Shown: in pieces, positions 27,559-39,943 of the stretch
Numbering within the stretch: position 1 is the stretch's first letter
Layout of the letters: each line of letters starts with the position of its first letter
Assembly: GCF_001194135.2 (NCBI RefSeq)
Contig: NC_069003.1
Span: 22,702,451 to 22,766,141 of the forward strand
From: Octopus bimaculoides
Lineage: Eukaryota
DNA: 63,691 nt
Direction: 5' to 3'
Notes under the pieces: model-generated
What the model saw: only the letters and a program-made list of their open reading frames with translations
What the model was told of the DNA's origin: nothing
Databases searched by the model: none
Translations under genes and position numbers: made by a program

Positions 27559-27966
27559 ACATTATTTACATTATCTACATTTGACGGATATTCATCCTCA
27601 TCTTGTTTGTTGTTAACACAACGTTTCGGCTGATATACCCTCCAGCTGATATACCTTAAAATTCACCCCATAACTGCCCACGGGCATATGACGTAGTGGT
27701 TAAGAGCGCGGGCTACTAACCCCAAGGTTCCGAGTTCGATTCACGGCAGCGACCTGATTAATAATAATAATAATATAATAATAATAATAGTAACATCGAT
27801 AGGAATGAGAACCCAGGTTCGAAATTTCCCCAAGACACCTGACGAAGGCTGGAGGGTATATCAGCCGAAACGTTGTGTTAACAACAAACAAGATGAGGAC
27901 GAATATCCGTCAAATGTAGATAATGTAAATAATGTAAATAATTCCTCATCTCTTAAATATAGAACT
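27559..27966 (+). mobile_element. tRNA-headed, hammerhead-bearing non-autonomous retroelement with an inverted partial copy at its 5' end (Penelope-type insertion structure)
   Basis: 13-bp TSD GTAAGTTTAATCT (27546-27558 and 27967-27979). tRNA-like head from 27682 with A-box-like TGACGTAGTGG and B box GTTCGATTC, then an (AAT)n spacer and the hammerhead core. Inverted arm 27559-27646 matches 27848-27935 with one mismatch. Confidence 0.85.
27835..27878 (+). ncRNA. Minimal type I hammerhead ribozyme motif
   Basis: ACAC-CTGACGA-A-GGCTG(10-nt loop)CAGCC-GAAA-C-GT-T-GTGT. Stem I ACAC/GTGT, stem II GGCTG/CAGCC, palindromic stem III ACGT, predicted cleavage after U27874. One extra A precedes stem II. 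Confidence 0.7.
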
Positions 27967-28276
27967 GTAAGTTTAATCTGCCTTGATATTCATCCATCTC
28001 TCTGGTATTTGTCACCCACCACTGATACTCATCAACCACCATCATATTCATTACTTGCTTTCATAATCATCATCCACTCTCATACTTGTCATCATCCATC
28101 CTTATACTCCTTAACATCCTGATACTCTAATGCTGGTTATTTACTTACAACCCTCCCATTATTTTGTAAGTTAACTCTCCTAAAACTTGCATTTCAGAAA
28201 TTTGTACTCTACCTTATTTTGCATCAGTACCTACTACCTAAGTAATAACTTTTTATCATCATTACAGTCATCACCA

Positions 28277-28662
28277 GTGGAGGCACAATGGCCCAGTGGT
28301 TAGGGCAGCGGACTCGCGGTCATAGGATCGCGGTTTCGATTCCCAGACCGGGCGTTGTGAGTGTTTATTGAACGAAAACACCTAAAGCTCCACGAGGCTC
28401 CGGCAGGGGATAGTGGCGAACCCTGCTGTACTCTTTCACCACAACTTTCTCTCACTCTTACCTCCTGTTTCTGTTGTGCCTGTGATTCAAAGGGTCATCC
28501 TTGTCACACTGTGTCACGCTGAATATCCCCGAGAACTACGTTAAGAGTACACGTGTCTGTGGAGTGCTCAGCCACTTGCACGTTAATTTCACGAGCAGGC
28601 TGTTCCGTTGATCGGATCAATTGGAACCCTCGACGTCGTAAGCGACGGAGTGCCAACATAAC
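28277..28662 (+). mobile_element. tRNA-derived SINE family A, full length
   Basis: Same sequence as the 3832 copy. 13-bp TSD acagtcatcacca (28264-28276, 28663-28675). Confidence 0.9.
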
Positions 28663-28903
28663 ACAGTCATCACCATCATGATCATCAGGGTCATCACCAC
28701 CACCACCACCACCACCACCACCATCATCACTACCATCACAATCCTCATCATCACCAGTATATTAATACTCTATGTATTAGTGTAATTGTCCACAACAGTA
28801 TGACTGTACTGGACAGTTATATTTAATGCACAGTGTTCTTGGTATAACTAGCTGAAGGCTGATAATCATAGCTGACTTTATGACTTTTTATCTTTCTTTG
28901 CAG

Positions 28904-28948
28904 AGATGTTGGAGCAAATATTATGGATGGTCTGAGTGGATTTTCTGG
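28904..28948 (+). CDS. TMCC: TMCC-family gene, 45-nt exon (phase 2 to 2)
   Basis: Acceptor ctttctttgcAG, donor GG|GTAAGA. Reads (K)DVGANIMDGLSGFS(G) in frame with the previous exon and resembles TMCC2 KDVGANVRAGISGFGG. Confidence 0.9.
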
Positions 28949-31142
28949 GTAAGAATATCCTTCCTTTATTTAATGCTTACTTTCCAAATATGTTAGAATT
29001 CAGATGAGAATTAGTATAGGAAAACAACAGGGTAATGCCTTTAGTAAGAGAGGTTAGGAAGGTAAAGGAGGAGGGTGAAATACTGTAACTGAATAAATTA
29101 AGAGTTGCTTTTAATTTCTCTTAACTTATTTGGTTACAGTATTCCATCCTCCTCCTTTATTTTGCTAACCTCTCCAACTAACAGCATTATCTTGCTGTCT
29201 TACTATACTATATGGTAACCATGTTGCCTGAGATACACTGGCACATTCTCAGATGGGAATTGTCCAGTTTTTCATTCAATCTCCTGTTTCTGTCATTAGA
29301 AAGTGGAGCTGTATCATTTTAATCAGCATCCCATCAAATTAATGGAAACTATTCCTTACTCATATAAATATCATCATTATTTAATCTCCATTTTTTTTTT
29401 TAATGCTGGCATGGCATTATGGAATATGGTTTTCTGTTTTGGTATATATTTCATAATTGTCATCTGCTCTCATACTTGTCATCACTCACTCCGAAAGTAA
29501 GTAATTAAGATATTCGGTTTTGGAATTCCCACAGCTGTTAAATATCTCATCATTTATGTAGCTTATTCTTGCTCACATTCTGATAACTGATTGGATTCAC
29601 AAAATTCCTTTATATTTTGTTTGATATTTATCTTAGTTTTCAATCATATTTGTCTCTTCTTCTAAAAGAAAGTACACAATGGTATTTTTGTAGATGACAA
29701 ATGGTTTACCATTAAATGTGTCTGCCTTTTGTATTCTTGCCTAAAAGAGCTTCCAAGATTTCCACTACTTTTTTTTCTTTTTTTACGAGAAGATATATCT
29801 TATTTCCCAGTGTAGGGATTTCATTCAAAGTTTCAAATATATACTGAGATGGCTGTTCCACATGTATTATATTAAGAAAATTGAGTTTAAGACTTTGTAA
29901 TGAAATATGCCTCCTATGTCTTTCAATTAATTGTGAAAATAACCAAGAATTTGGTTGGATTTAGTAAACTAAATAAAATTTACATTTAAGTCAGTGTTTG
30001 AAGTATAACTTTAAAAAAATGTTTTTTACATAAAATTATGACGGAAGTATTTTAATTTGAAATGTGTCAATTCATTTGAACTCTTATCAAAAGAATTAAA
30101 TATTCATTTTTGTTCTACTTCTGGTCAGCTGTTTGGGTTAATAGCTTGTTATTGTGCATATTCTATGTATTGTCAGATATAGGAGTCATTGAATTAAGTC
30201 ATTAGAGCATTAGATAAAATGTCTTGCAGTATTTGTTTTGTCTCTTAGTGCTCTGAGTTCAAATCTCACTAAGATCAACATTACTGTTCATTCCTTTTGG
30301 GGAATTGATAAAAAAAAAGTATTAATCTTGGGTGGTTTATTGGTGGAATAATAAAAGCATCAGTCAAGGTGGCCTGTGGTATCTTTTTAACCTTTAGCAT
30401 TTAATGTGGCCATATCCAACCCAAATATTGTACCTGCTTTATATCTTAAACATGCATATTCATAGATATAAACACACACACATACACACACACACATACA
30501 TGCACACATATATAGATATAAAGTGGTGAGAACACACTAATATACATATATATATAATGTTAATATTTGTTTTGATGCTATAGTAAGAATAATTTTCACA
30601 TAAAACCTGATATTACAGCCTTACACTAAACAAGTCCTGTGGAAATTATCTAAGAGTTCTCTAATTTTCAACAACTGTTTATATATATATCATTCAACTA
30701 TGGTAATAGTTGAATAATATTCTTAAAGCTGCAATTTACTCACATGCGGCATCTTTCAGAGCTTGTCGCTAATTCAGTTCATAACCAAATTGAGAACTTT
30801 TAACACTTTTGAAGAGGACTGGTCCCTAGCTGCATTTTGGCCTAAAAAAATTGATCCAGTGGAAAAAGTTTACATCAAAATTTGTAGCAACGTTATAGGT
30901 GAGTAAGTAATGTCACCAATCAAGTTTAGATCTAAATAACTTTTTTTATTTTAAAAGCAAAATATATTTATCTTAGCTTCAATGATAGAAGAAAGCATGA
31001 AAAATTTCATAGTTTTGGTCCCATGCAACAAAAATTTGTATAAAAAAAGTTGTGAAGTAAAATATCATGAAAAAGATATAAGTAAAGCAAAAAATTTAAT
31101 TTAAATATAATTAACATTTTTATTTTAAAAACAAACTATATT

Positions 31143-31587
31143 NNNNNNNNNNNNNNNNNNNNNNNNNNNNNNNNNNNNNNNNNNNNNNNNNNNNNNNNNN
31201 NNNNNNNNNNNNNNNNNNNNNNNNNNNNNNNNNNNNNNNNNNNNNNNNNNNNNNNNNNNNNNNNNNNNNNNNNNNNNNNNNNNNNNNNNNNNNNNNNNNN
31301 NNNNNNNNNNNNNNNNNNNNNNNNNNNNNNNNNNNNNNNNNNNNNNNNNNNNNNNNNNNNNNNNNNNNNNNNNNNNNNNNNNNNNNNNNNNNNNNNNNNN
31401 NNNNNNNNNNNNNNNNNNNNNNNNNNNNNNNNNNNNNNNNNNNNNNNNNNNNNNNNNNNNNNNNNNNNNNNNNNNNNNNNNNNNNNNNNNNNNNNNNNNN
31501 NNNNNNNNNNNNNNNNNNNNNNNNNNNNNNNNNNNNNNNNNNNNNNNNNNNNNNNNNNNNNNNNNNNNNNNNNNNNNNNNNNNNNNN
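31143..31587. other. Assembly gap (445 N)
   Basis: N run. Confidence 0.98.
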
Positions 31588-31705
31588 AGCATAGCTTGGA
31601 AAAAACACAAATGGAATAACTTGTCCTGAACTTTTCCAACTTGTCCTGCAATTTTCTAGGTTTAAAATCTTAATATTATTTCTCTTGCTTGCATTTTGCC
31701 ATGTA

Positions 31706-31752
<47 letters not shown>

Positions 31753-31917
31753 TTCCCAAATAAATTGCACTTCATGTTTGAGGCTTTGATGAAGTGTTAC
31801 TTGGGCACTTAACTTTGAGTTGACTACATCTTATAGTGGAAACAATTGTAAGTTAATGAAGTTCATAAGATAATTGTTTGTTCCTTTGTCATCTCTCTCT
31901 CCACCCCTCTCTCTCTC

Positions 31918-32136
31918 AGTTGCCAGTACCGCCTGACTGGCCTTTGTGCGGGTGACATGTAAAAGCACACACTACACTCTCTGAGTGGTTGGCATTAGGA
32001 AGGGTATCTAGCTGTAGAAACTCTGCCAAATCAGATTGGAGGCTGGTGTTGCCATCCGGTTTCACCAGTCCTCAGTCAAATCGTCCAACCCATGCTAGCA
32101 TGGAAAGCGGACGTTAAACGATGATGATGATGATGA
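31918..32136 (-). mobile_element. RTE-tail-type short retroelement (family E); related copies at ~9132-9670, 59190-59338 and 61819-62010
   Basis: Shared block ccatgctagcatggaaagcggacgttaaacgatgatgatg with a (GAT)n end. Strand follows the simple-repeat tail. The RTE link is inferred. Confidence 0.7.
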
Positions 32137-32194
32137 TATATATATAATATTAGTGCCAAGCAGTGTTTAGATTAGTTGAACTAGCCTAAAATTT

Positions 32195-32230
<36 letters not shown>

Positions 32231-35200
32231 CATTCTATACATTTTCTGAATCTTTATTTCTTGTATAGTTTGTACTTTAATGTAAAGTGAAGTGTTATGG
32301 TTTTATTGGGAAGATGCATGAAATAATAGCTCTTGTTGCTTGGGCTATAAATGTAAACTATAAAGAAGTCAGCTTCAGCCTGAAAGGTGTTGGTTAATCT
32401 TTAGATGCTTGTAAAATCTAAAAATGAAAATGAAAATAAAAAGTATGTAGCTTGTACCTTAATTAGATGCCATATTCTAAAGACACACTGTGGAATTCTG
32501 CATGCTAGATGTTATTAACCATCAGCATCATATATCTGATTTTCTCTGCCAACTTCACCTGGATAGAGTTTTTGAGGCATTGTTTTACAGCCAAATTCCT
32601 TTCCTGTTGCCATCCCTTTTAGTCACCACTTATGACATGCAGGACACAAAAGTGTATCGATTTTAATACTGGGATTGATGTGATTAGTCGAAATTTCATG
32701 TCTGGTTTTTGGACAGTCCTTTAGTGCTAGCAATATTCTTTAAGCAGTGAGTCGGCTGAATTGTTATCGTGCTGGACACAATACCTAGTGGCATTTCTTC
32801 CGACTTGATGTTCCGAGTTCAAATGCCACCAGGGTTGACTTTGCCATTCATCTTTTCAGGGTCAAAATAACTACCAGTTGGGTACCGGGGTTGATGTAAC
32901 CAATTTGCCCCTCCTCTGAAATTGCTGGCCTTGTGCCAAAATTTGAGATTAGCATTCTTTTACAGACCAATTTTCATAACCATTTAAGAGAGAATGTTAC
33001 AGGGTATTTACTTGAATTTATTAATTTTGCTATTGAAATTGTAAAAACTGCAATTTCATGATAAGGGCTTTTTTAAAAGTAGGAATATTTAATGAATTTA
33101 TTGTCCCCATTCATGAGAAATATAGTGGCTTTCAGTAGACTTCTTTGTTCATATAAACCAACAGAGAGAATATGTGAAACTGTCTTGGAAGGTCATGGCT
33201 TGCAGAACCATTGGATAAAATGCCATTGCAGTATTTAGTTTTCACCCTTCATGTTCTGAGTTCTATTCCTGCTGTAGTTGACTTAAATTCTTCTGGGGCC
33301 AATAAAATAAAACACCAATTAAGTAGTGGGAGCAATGTAATTGATTGCTGACTGCTGTGTGTCACCTGTCCATTGTAGCCCTGCCAGTTTATTACTGATG
33401 AACAGTTGCTGAATAATGTTCACTTACAGGGGCCCATGGCCATCAGATCCATCCCACCTCCCAAAAAAAGTGCAACATAAAGCACTTGTTGGCATTGATT
33501 TTAACTCTCTTGAGAGAGAGCAACCATCCTAAGCGCAGCTGACAAAGAACCTAATTCAGTGTAGTAGTAAATAGACACAAGGTTAGTGCGTTACATTTGA
33601 GGACAGTTATTTTGTCTCAATATGTATTTGATAAGAATTTTTCACATTGTGCTACAAGGTCATGTAACTGTTGGGAAGGGAGTTAATTGATTCAGTTCCA
33701 GTATTTGACTTGTGCGTAACTATTTTAATTACCTCACCCCCTCAAACAATTAAAGGCAAACCGAATCTTAGCAGGACAGGAATATTGAGAGATATTGAGG
33801 GATGTTTATTGTTTGGTGCTTAGTCTAAATACCTCGGGATGTTTTTTGTCTGGGTCAAGAGTTTGTTTTACATTCCACATGACCCTTGGGAGTCCACATA
33901 AGATTTTGTTAAAATTTATGTGTAATAAATTGGTTATACTACTACTACTACTACTACTACTACTACAATACACAAAATATTTTAACATTTTTGTTTTACA
34001 ATTCCTAATAATATTCAATTATAAAAATATAAAAAAAATTTTTAAGCATTGAATGGTGTGAAACGGGAATCAAGGGGATCCATAGGGAAAAAATGGTTGA
34101 GAACCACTGGTCTAGATACTATTAGGTATTTAGTATAAATATTGGTATGTATTTAGTCTGATGCTCTGATACTCCACTTCCTTTTTGGATAATTATAATT
34201 TATAATAATTTGATGTTTTTTAAAATAAAATAGAGAAAAATTATGTTGCTGAGTCGGGGATTGAAGTTTGTCTCATTATATAGATATTAGCATAGGTTCA
34301 GAATACGGTTTGATGGTGGATTATGGGTAATTGTTTAGTGTGCTTGCCCCCTAATAAATATGTATTTCTTTTTAAAATTTACACTTAAAGGAACAGTATC
34401 TCATAAATGATACTTTTTTTAGTGTTTGATACTTTTTGATTCTAAATGGTTTTCTGTGTAAAGTTCCAATCAGGAATCTGAATTTCTAATCAGAACATTC
34501 CATTGTACGATAATCATTAAACTTGCTTTAATTGAAATTTTACTTTTTATTCATACTTCATTTATTTATTTTTTTTTTATTGAAAATGGTTGCTAGATTA
34601 ATTTTCTCATTGCATTGTAATTTTGTTTTAAATATCAAACAGGTAAAGTACAGAAGTTTTAAGTTTTGTTTCAAAAAGGGTACACAAAATTAGCAAAAAT
34701 ATATATTATGATGTTTAGCTGTTTAAATGAAGGAAAATCATTGAAATTTACAACATGGCATTGGCTTTAGAATTCCTTCTCCATGAAATTTCTGATTAAT
34801 CAATGTGTTGTCCTTTACAATTATAGTAAAGATTTCTCATTACTTTTGATATATATATATATTTTTTAATTATCTTTGTTTTGTAATTTATGCATTTTGT
34901 CCTTGGAAAGATTATTTCTAATTAGCTATAAAACAATTTCTAACCTCTGAAAAACAAAAATTCCATATATCATTATTCAGAGAATGGTTAATTTCTATTG
35001 AATTTCAGATACAATTTGATCAGGGTTTAAATTTCTACAAAGGTCTTATCTTTATCATATTGATGTATTTGTACATTATAATCTTTACTAGATAACCTGA
35101 CAGGTTGTCAACTATTTAAAACTAGAAGAATGCTTTTAATGGACAAAATTGCAAAATGTCTTCTTAGTTATTTTATCTAAATGTATTAGATGTTAAAGCT

Positions 35201-35574
35201 AATATGAATTAACAGATATATTAAATTTCATTTTTTGATTGTCAGAAAACAGTCAATGCTGGCATTTGTTTCCTTAGTGCTTTTTTCTTTTTTAAATAAG
35301 TGTTCAGAATATTTCATTTCAGGCAGTCCGAAATAAAGGAACATATTTTTATTTGCCAACTTATCATCTTGTTTCATTCCATTTATTATTGCTTTGGTCA
35401 CCTTTTGTGTGAAATGCAGAATCCACAGCATTCATTTATTCCAGATTAGACTTCTGTAAAACTATTCCAGAAACAGTTTTATTCTAATGAACCCGCATTG
35501 TTGTTAAATGAATAAATTTTTAACTCCTTCATTTCTGTTGATAGTTCTGATAATACTTTTGATTCCTCTAACAG

Positions 35575-35607
35575 CAAACCAACAAGAACTCCTGGATTTT
35601 CATCACG
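35575..35607 (+). CDS. Candidate 33-nt micro-exon of the TMCC gene (phase 2 to 2), (G)KPTRTPGFSS(R)
   Basis: Acceptor cttttgattcctctaacAG, strong donor ACG|GTGAGT, length divisible by 3, open in the phase left by exon 28904-28948. No homology support. Confidence 0.55.
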
Positions 35608-36196
35608 GTGAGTGTTTCACTGTTAGGCTGGTTGCTTTGATTGCCCAGTTTAACAAATGTTTTCCATAAGCATTGTCACTGAAAACTCACTCATTGCACT
35701 TTTCTCTCGTTTGGATTGGAAAAGTTTCAAACCAGAATTTCAGTCCTTGTTACAGAGTTGAAATATTGTTGGTTTTTGAAAAAAGCTTTCTATATCCCTT
35801 CAACTCTTATGGCATCTTGCTTTTAATTGATTATCTATCTTGCATCTATCTTATTTTCATTAGTATAACTTCTATTCTATATTTATTTTTTTATCTATTA
35901 ATTAGGAATATTCAGAGGGTGTTTTTTTGTTTTTTTTTACATCTCCCTATATGTGAACAATCTACTTCAATTTGCCAGCTTTCAAACTTTCTCTTGAATT
36001 TTGCTTTTGTCTAAGTATTTGAAAAAATAAATGTATATTTTGCTTACTGTAAATGAAATCATTTGGCAGAATCATTAGAGCATTGGACAAACAGCTTTGT
36101 GGAATTTATTCCTGCTCTTTATATTCAGAGCTCATATCCTGCCAAGGTCACTTTGCCTTTAATCTTTTTGAAGTTAATAAAATAAAGTACAATTTA

Positions 36197-36406
36197 AGAA
36201 TCGTTAGCATGCCAGGCAAAATGCTTAGTGGCATTTTGTCTGTCTTTACATTCTGAGTTTAAGTTCTGCCAAGATCAAATTTGCCTTTCATCCTTTCGGA
36301 GTCAATAAAATAAGTACCAGTTATGTACTAGTGTTGCTGTAAATGACTAGTCCTCTCCCCCAAATTTCAGGCCTTGTGCCTATTGTAGAAAGGATTTTCA
36401 CTATCA

Positions 36407-36456
<50 letters not shown>

Positions 36457-37015
36457 TTGGAGCCTAGTGTTGCCATCTGGTTTCACCAGTCCTCAGTCAA
36501 ATCGTCCAACCCATGCTAGCATGGAAAGCGGACGTAAAACAATGATGATGATGATGATGATTATTATTATTTGTTATTAATAATAATTGTAAGGGTGGGG
36601 AGCTGGCAGAACTGTTAGCTTGCTGGGCGAAATGTTTAGCAGTATTTCTCTTGTTCTGAGTTCAAATTCTGCTGAGGTTGACTTTGCCTTTCATCCTTTT
36701 GGGGTTGAAAAAATGAGTACCAGCTGAGCTCTGGGGCCTGATGTAATTGACTTCCCCCTGCTCTCAAACTTACTGGTTTTGTGCCAAAATTTGAAACCGT
36801 TATCATTATTAAACTTTAGAATACCAGGCAAAATGCTTAGCAGCATTTTGTCTGCTTAGCAGCATTTTGTCTGTCTTCACGTTCTGAATTCAAATTCCAT
36901 CAAGGTTGACTTTGTCTTTCATTGTTTTGGAGCCAATAAAATAAGAATCAGTTGATATAATCAACTTACCCCCACTCCTAAGATTTCAGGCCTTGTTCCT
37001 ATAATAGAATGGATT
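36197..37015 (+). mobile_element. Cluster of three family D SINEs (36197, 36593, 36820) plus an RTE-tail fragment (36463-36560, minus strand)
   Basis: Repeated family D cores separated by (ATT)n and (GAT)n tracts. Confidence 0.75.
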
Positions 37016-37394
37016 ATTATTATTATTATTATTATTCCATATTCATACAACAGATTAAACTGTTGAAAGGAAAATTTCCTAACATCAGGCTATTATTATT
37101 ATTACTATTATTCTTGTTATTATTATTATTATTTGCAAACTGTGGTACTGCCAGAGAGTTGAAGTGGTTTACAGATAGTTTTTTTTTTTTTTTTAAGATC
37201 TGTTGTTGCTGCCTTTTAATGATATAAAACTGCTCTCACCCCCTCTTTTAGTCAATTAAACTAGCAACTAATCTCTACCGATATGTCTGGCATGCAGTAA
37301 TATTTTTATACTATATTTATTGTGCATCTTTTAATATTAATCAACAGTCCATTTTCTCATTTAGTCTTTTTATGAAATTTTAAAGTAATATTTG

Positions 37395-37442
<48 letters not shown>
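37395..37442. repeat. 48-nt poly(A) tract
   Basis: Directly visible. Confidence 0.95.
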
Positions 37443-37444
<2 letters not shown>

Positions 37445-38540
37445 AAATTATATAAATAAAATTTCTAAGATGAGCTGCCAAACCTTTGAAATGAATTTTG
37501 AAGCTATGAATTACATTTTTTTTCTTCTATTTTTGGCTTACTTATCATTATCATAATTCCAAGCAAGCTTCTAGCTGATCAATTCAGTATCATTCAGCTT
37601 ATATTTTTTGCCTTTGTCTCCTCTGGTAGCAATTTTGCTATTTTCTAGTGCATCTTAAAGCTGAATATCATTTCTTTTATAGACATTTATTTCTTGAATA
37701 TCTTTTAAATATATTTTCTTCTAGTGTGTATTTCAAAATCTTTTAGGCAGCTCCTAATTCAGATGTTTCTTAAAGATGCTAAATCAATGTGCAAAAAAAA
37801 ATAAAAAATAAATAAATAAAATAAAATCACAATTTGTAATTTTAATCATTCAAATAACTTTGCATAACAGAAGTTGACTGTGAAATTACATATGAAAAAC
37901 CAAAACTGATTCATACAAAGTGACTCAAATAATCAAAATATAAAGGTGTTACAATTCATGTACTATATTGTTATAATGAATTGCTGATATTGCCTGTAAA
38001 TTTTATATTCAGTGTATTTTAAAACCTTTCTTTACTATTTTCCCTAAGTGCACTTCTTATTTTAATCCTGTTGTGTCACTCAATTTCGATGGCCTCTTTC
38101 ACAGATTTTGTTTCCATTCTATTCTTTCAGTAGACTTAAATTCTGCTGCATTCACCTATTTCACCAATCTTAGCTTCAGTTGTAGCTGGGGACTGTGATT
38201 TCTCCAGAGTCTGTTTCATACCTTAAATATCTTTGTTATTTACTGAATTCTTAAATATTTTCAAATGTTTTGTGATATGTTGCTGTGTCTCTTTTTCTTA
38301 TAATCAATTGTAGTTTGTTTCTTTTTTTTGTGTGTGTGTGTGTGGGTATTTTTGTTTACATTTTATGCTTTTGTTTTGTTTATACTGCATTGCATGTTAA
38401 GACCCCCACCACCAAATTAACACAGCATAGGGGAGGAGATTAATGAGGGGAGATCTCGGGCCAACCATATTTCAGGTTGGATGATGTTTAATTGAACACT
38501 TCTGTTAAGTTACTCAAATACTCTCCTTTACCAAACTCTC

Positions 38541-38960
38541 TTTACTCTTTTACTTGTTTCAGTCATTTGACTGCAACCATGCTGGAGCACCGCCTTTAGT
38601 CGAGCAAATCGACCCCAGGACTTATTCTTTGTAAGCCTAGTACTTATTCTGTCGTTCTCTTTTGCCGAACCACTAAGTTACGGGGACATAAACACACCAG
38701 CATCAGTTGTCAAGCGATGTTGGGGGGACAAAGACAGACACACAAACATATACACACACACACACACACACACATACATATATATTTACATATATACGAC
38801 GGGCTTCTTTCAGTTTCCGTTTACCAAATCCACTCACAAGGCTTTGGTCGGCCTGAGGCTATAGTAGAAGACACTTGCCCAAGGTGCCACGCAGTGGGAC
38901 TAAACCCGGAACCATGTGGTTGGTAAGCAAGCTACTTACCACACAGCCACTCCTGCACCT
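38541..38960 (-). mobile_element. SINE family B copy, well preserved
   Basis: Reverse complement of family B, close to the 8167 copy. Confidence 0.9.
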
Positions 38961-39542
38961 ATTTACTCACTTTATATAATGACAAAGAGACCACTTGTTT
39001 CAAGGTTTCAATCTTAGAAACTTTTTCCAAAATGAAAATATGACAACCTTATCTAGAAAGGCTGATTAACGATGTAGAATGCGTCTAATTACTCACAATG
39101 AAATACCTAGCACTGCAATCTTAATATTCACCTTTGTTCTCAACATGTTTTTAACAAAATTTTGTGCCAATGTTTCAATAATTTTAAAAATAATTCAGGT
39201 TTGCCAGAAATTTAGTAAAATAGCTGACATTTGTTATTAGGTTGATGTTTAAAATTTATATGGAAGGTTTATATTTAAATAGGAACTCTTTTAGATAATG
39301 TGTCATAGAGCTAAAGGCATCCTAAACGGGTTGGTGCAGAAAAAAGTTTGGACTGATTCTAGTCATAAGTTAAAAGATGTATAGGAGTTGGTTAGTTGTT
39401 TATCTCTGGGTCAGTCTTGATAGTGTAGACCTAAAATCAAAAGCATTTTAGTTCTGACGTCTTCTTTTAAGACTGTATGGGTGTGATATGAGAGAGATTT
39501 GGCTGCTGTTTCTAGCAGGCCAAGAGACCACATTGAAGCTCA

Positions 39543-39584
<42 letters not shown>

Positions 39585-39829
39585 GTAACAATTATATATA
39601 ACATGTAATAACTATATATATATATATATTAATATTAGAGACAAAATCCAATTAAATTGAGCTTTAGAGATTAAAATATATATAGATATATAATTTTAGG
39701 GAAAAGAACCAAGTTTCATGAACTCATCGATGAAAATCCACTATCACATAGAAAAATTGATAATTAAAAGCACAATAAACGAGTATAATATAATACAAAG
39801 TAAATATCATAAGATAAAGATAATAAAAT

Positions 39830-39943
39830 GACTACACGTGTTTCATAACTAATTTTCAAATAGAAAGGAAATTTAAATCGATTAAAATCAATTAAAATTA
39901 TCGAAAATAAATTCTATTCAAAAATACAGCTAATCGTCAGGTC
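39830..39943 (-). ncRNA. Degenerate minimal hammerhead motif with long stem II, in a probable Penelope-like terminal repeat (~39630-39960)
   Basis: The minus strand reads GAC-CTGACGA-T-TAGCT...TTTTGAATAGAA...TTCTATTTGAAAA...AGTTA-T-GAAA-CACGTG-T-A-GTC. Palindromic stem III ACACGTGT, 3-bp stem I, but no closing G-C pair in stem II. Confidence 0.5.

Noticed and set aside
27682-27753. Functional tRNA gene
   Set aside because: The acceptor stem does not pair properly, and the sequence runs into an (AAT)n spacer inside a TSD-flanked insertion. It is a SINE head.
30727-30898. 57-codon open frame (…TFEEDWSLAAFWPKK…) ending at a good AG|GTGAGT donor
   Set aside because: The available acceptors give phase 0 to 1, phase 2 hits stops immediately, and there is no TMCC similarity.
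37395-37442. Poly(A) as the tail of a processed pseudogene
   Set aside because: No upstream ORF, no nearby AATAAA and no TSD seen.
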